Below, piece after piece: positions 63,226 through 64,000 of a DNA stretch of 64,000 bases. The position numbers and the translations under genes were made by a program. The notes beneath the pieces were generated by a model. It was not told the DNA's origin and made no database searches. It was given only the letters and a program-made list of their open reading frames with translations. This DNA is from Nitrospirota bacterium (lineage in GTDB: Bacteria > Nitrospirota > UBA9217), in NCBI GenBank assembly GCA_963737155.1, contig CAVTRN010000001.1:1440001-1504000 (forward strand), given 5' to 3'. How positions within the stretch are numbered: the stretch's first letter is position 1; each line of letters begins with the position of its first letter.

Positions 63226-64000
63226 TTACAAATTGTACTTAATATCTTGAGCGACGAGCTGCCTGAGGGTTTTTTCGAAATATTCCTTTTGACAAATGAC
63301 GCCGTTCATCTCTCCAGCGTGGATTAGTTTCATATATCTGCATCCGCCGAAACAGAGAGGAAGAAAGCTGCACTCGAGACATTCTTCGTTTTTCCAGGCA
63401 TCGATTCCGTGTGACTTATTATAGTCAATCAGACCGTCAGTAATATTGCCAATGCAGCAATTCTTCCTGCCGATCATCCCCGGACACTTGTAAAGGGTGC
63501 CATCGTAATTCACGACAAGGCTGTCAATCAGCTCTACCATGCATGGTATTGGCATAACTTTTTGAGTACCATATCCTCTTCGCAGTACTTCTTCCCGGAG
63601 GAAAAGGGTAGCTTCGGCTATCCAAGGTTCATTAGGTGAATCGCAGCCATCGTGAAAATCAGGTGGAGCAAATTCGTTGCTCTCGCTAATGACAGGATCG
63701 AACTTGATGACAGAAATCTTATCAGGAGTGAGCCCGTTCTCTGACAAATAATCGAGAAGAAGAGGAAACTCGCGATAATGATTCTGCGTATAATTGCCGC
63801 CTATCTGAATGTGGGTCATAGCACATACTTTTTTAATATTGCTCAATATCAGATCAAATGAACCACGGCCCGATTTGAAAGGCCTATATCTGTCGTGGAT
63901 ATATTTTGGACCATCAAGTGTAACTTTCGCACCTTTCAAACCGAGTGGCGTCAGTATTTTAACTACTTCCGTTGTCAGCAACGTACCGTTTGTCACAAGG
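63226..64000 (-). CDS. Radical SAM/SPASM peptide maturase (geopeptide-maturase-like; 5' end beyond window)
   Basis: TNGTLL, VTLDG..HD..R..GSFD; SPASM C..DGTLYKC..IG..C..C..LPLCFGGC..C. Confidence 0.85.
   Translation of the reverse strand, partial: LVTNGTLLTTEVVKILTPLGLKGAKVTLDGPKYIHDRYRPFKSGRGSFDLILSNIKKVCAMTHIQIGGNYTQNHYREFPLLLDYLSENGLTPDKISVIKFDPVISESNEFAPPDFHDGCDSPNEPWIAEATLFLREEVLRRGYGTQKVMPIPCMVELIDSLVVNYDGTLYKCPGMIGRKNCCIGNITDGLIDYNKSHGIDAWKNEECLECSFLPLCFGGCRYMKLIHAGEMNGVICQKEYFEKTLRQLVAQDIKYNL

Noticed and set aside
29658-64000. CRISPR-associated transposon (CAST)
   Set aside because: No cas genes and no repeat-spacer array seen; the tnpB genes lie outside the element and have their own IS ends.

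Overview
Bacterial chromosomal window; gene content is Nitrospirota/deltaproteobacteria-like (inference only). 1-6.1 kb is the end of the spc/alpha ribosomal operon (rplO-secY-map-infA-rpmJ-rpsM-rpsK-rpsD-rpoA-rplQ). 6.4-29.2 kb holds housekeeping and signalling genes (frameshifted REC-GAF-HD-GYP, outer-membrane porin, PAS hybrid kinase, folD, cyclodeaminase, ccdA, MerR, moaD-moaE fusion, mqnD/mqnB, aroC/K/B, AmpG-like MFS, USP). These are interspersed with IS200/IS605 derivatives, an IS4-type MITE and an IS607-type tnpB abutting an ISL3 remnant. At 29658 a Tn7-like element (TGT end, tnsA-tnsB-tnsC/tniB-tniQ) interrupts a DUF815 AAA+ ATPase gene, a candidate new attachment site. The following ~25 kb accessory region is defence-island-like. 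It carries a tRNA-Glu 3'-half att scar, HNH and Mrr nucleases, a RelA/SpoT-TPR fusion facing a 9-codon ORF, a class III nucleotide cyclase bounded by attC-like sites, further attC-like sites with no integrase, a thrice-repeated promoter module, an intact IS1634 and a fused R-M-S enzyme. The window ends in a radical SAM/SPASM-SBP-HK-NarL cluster. No CRISPR array, rRNA or complete tRNA was seen. All calls come from motif recognition by eye; no database searches were run.
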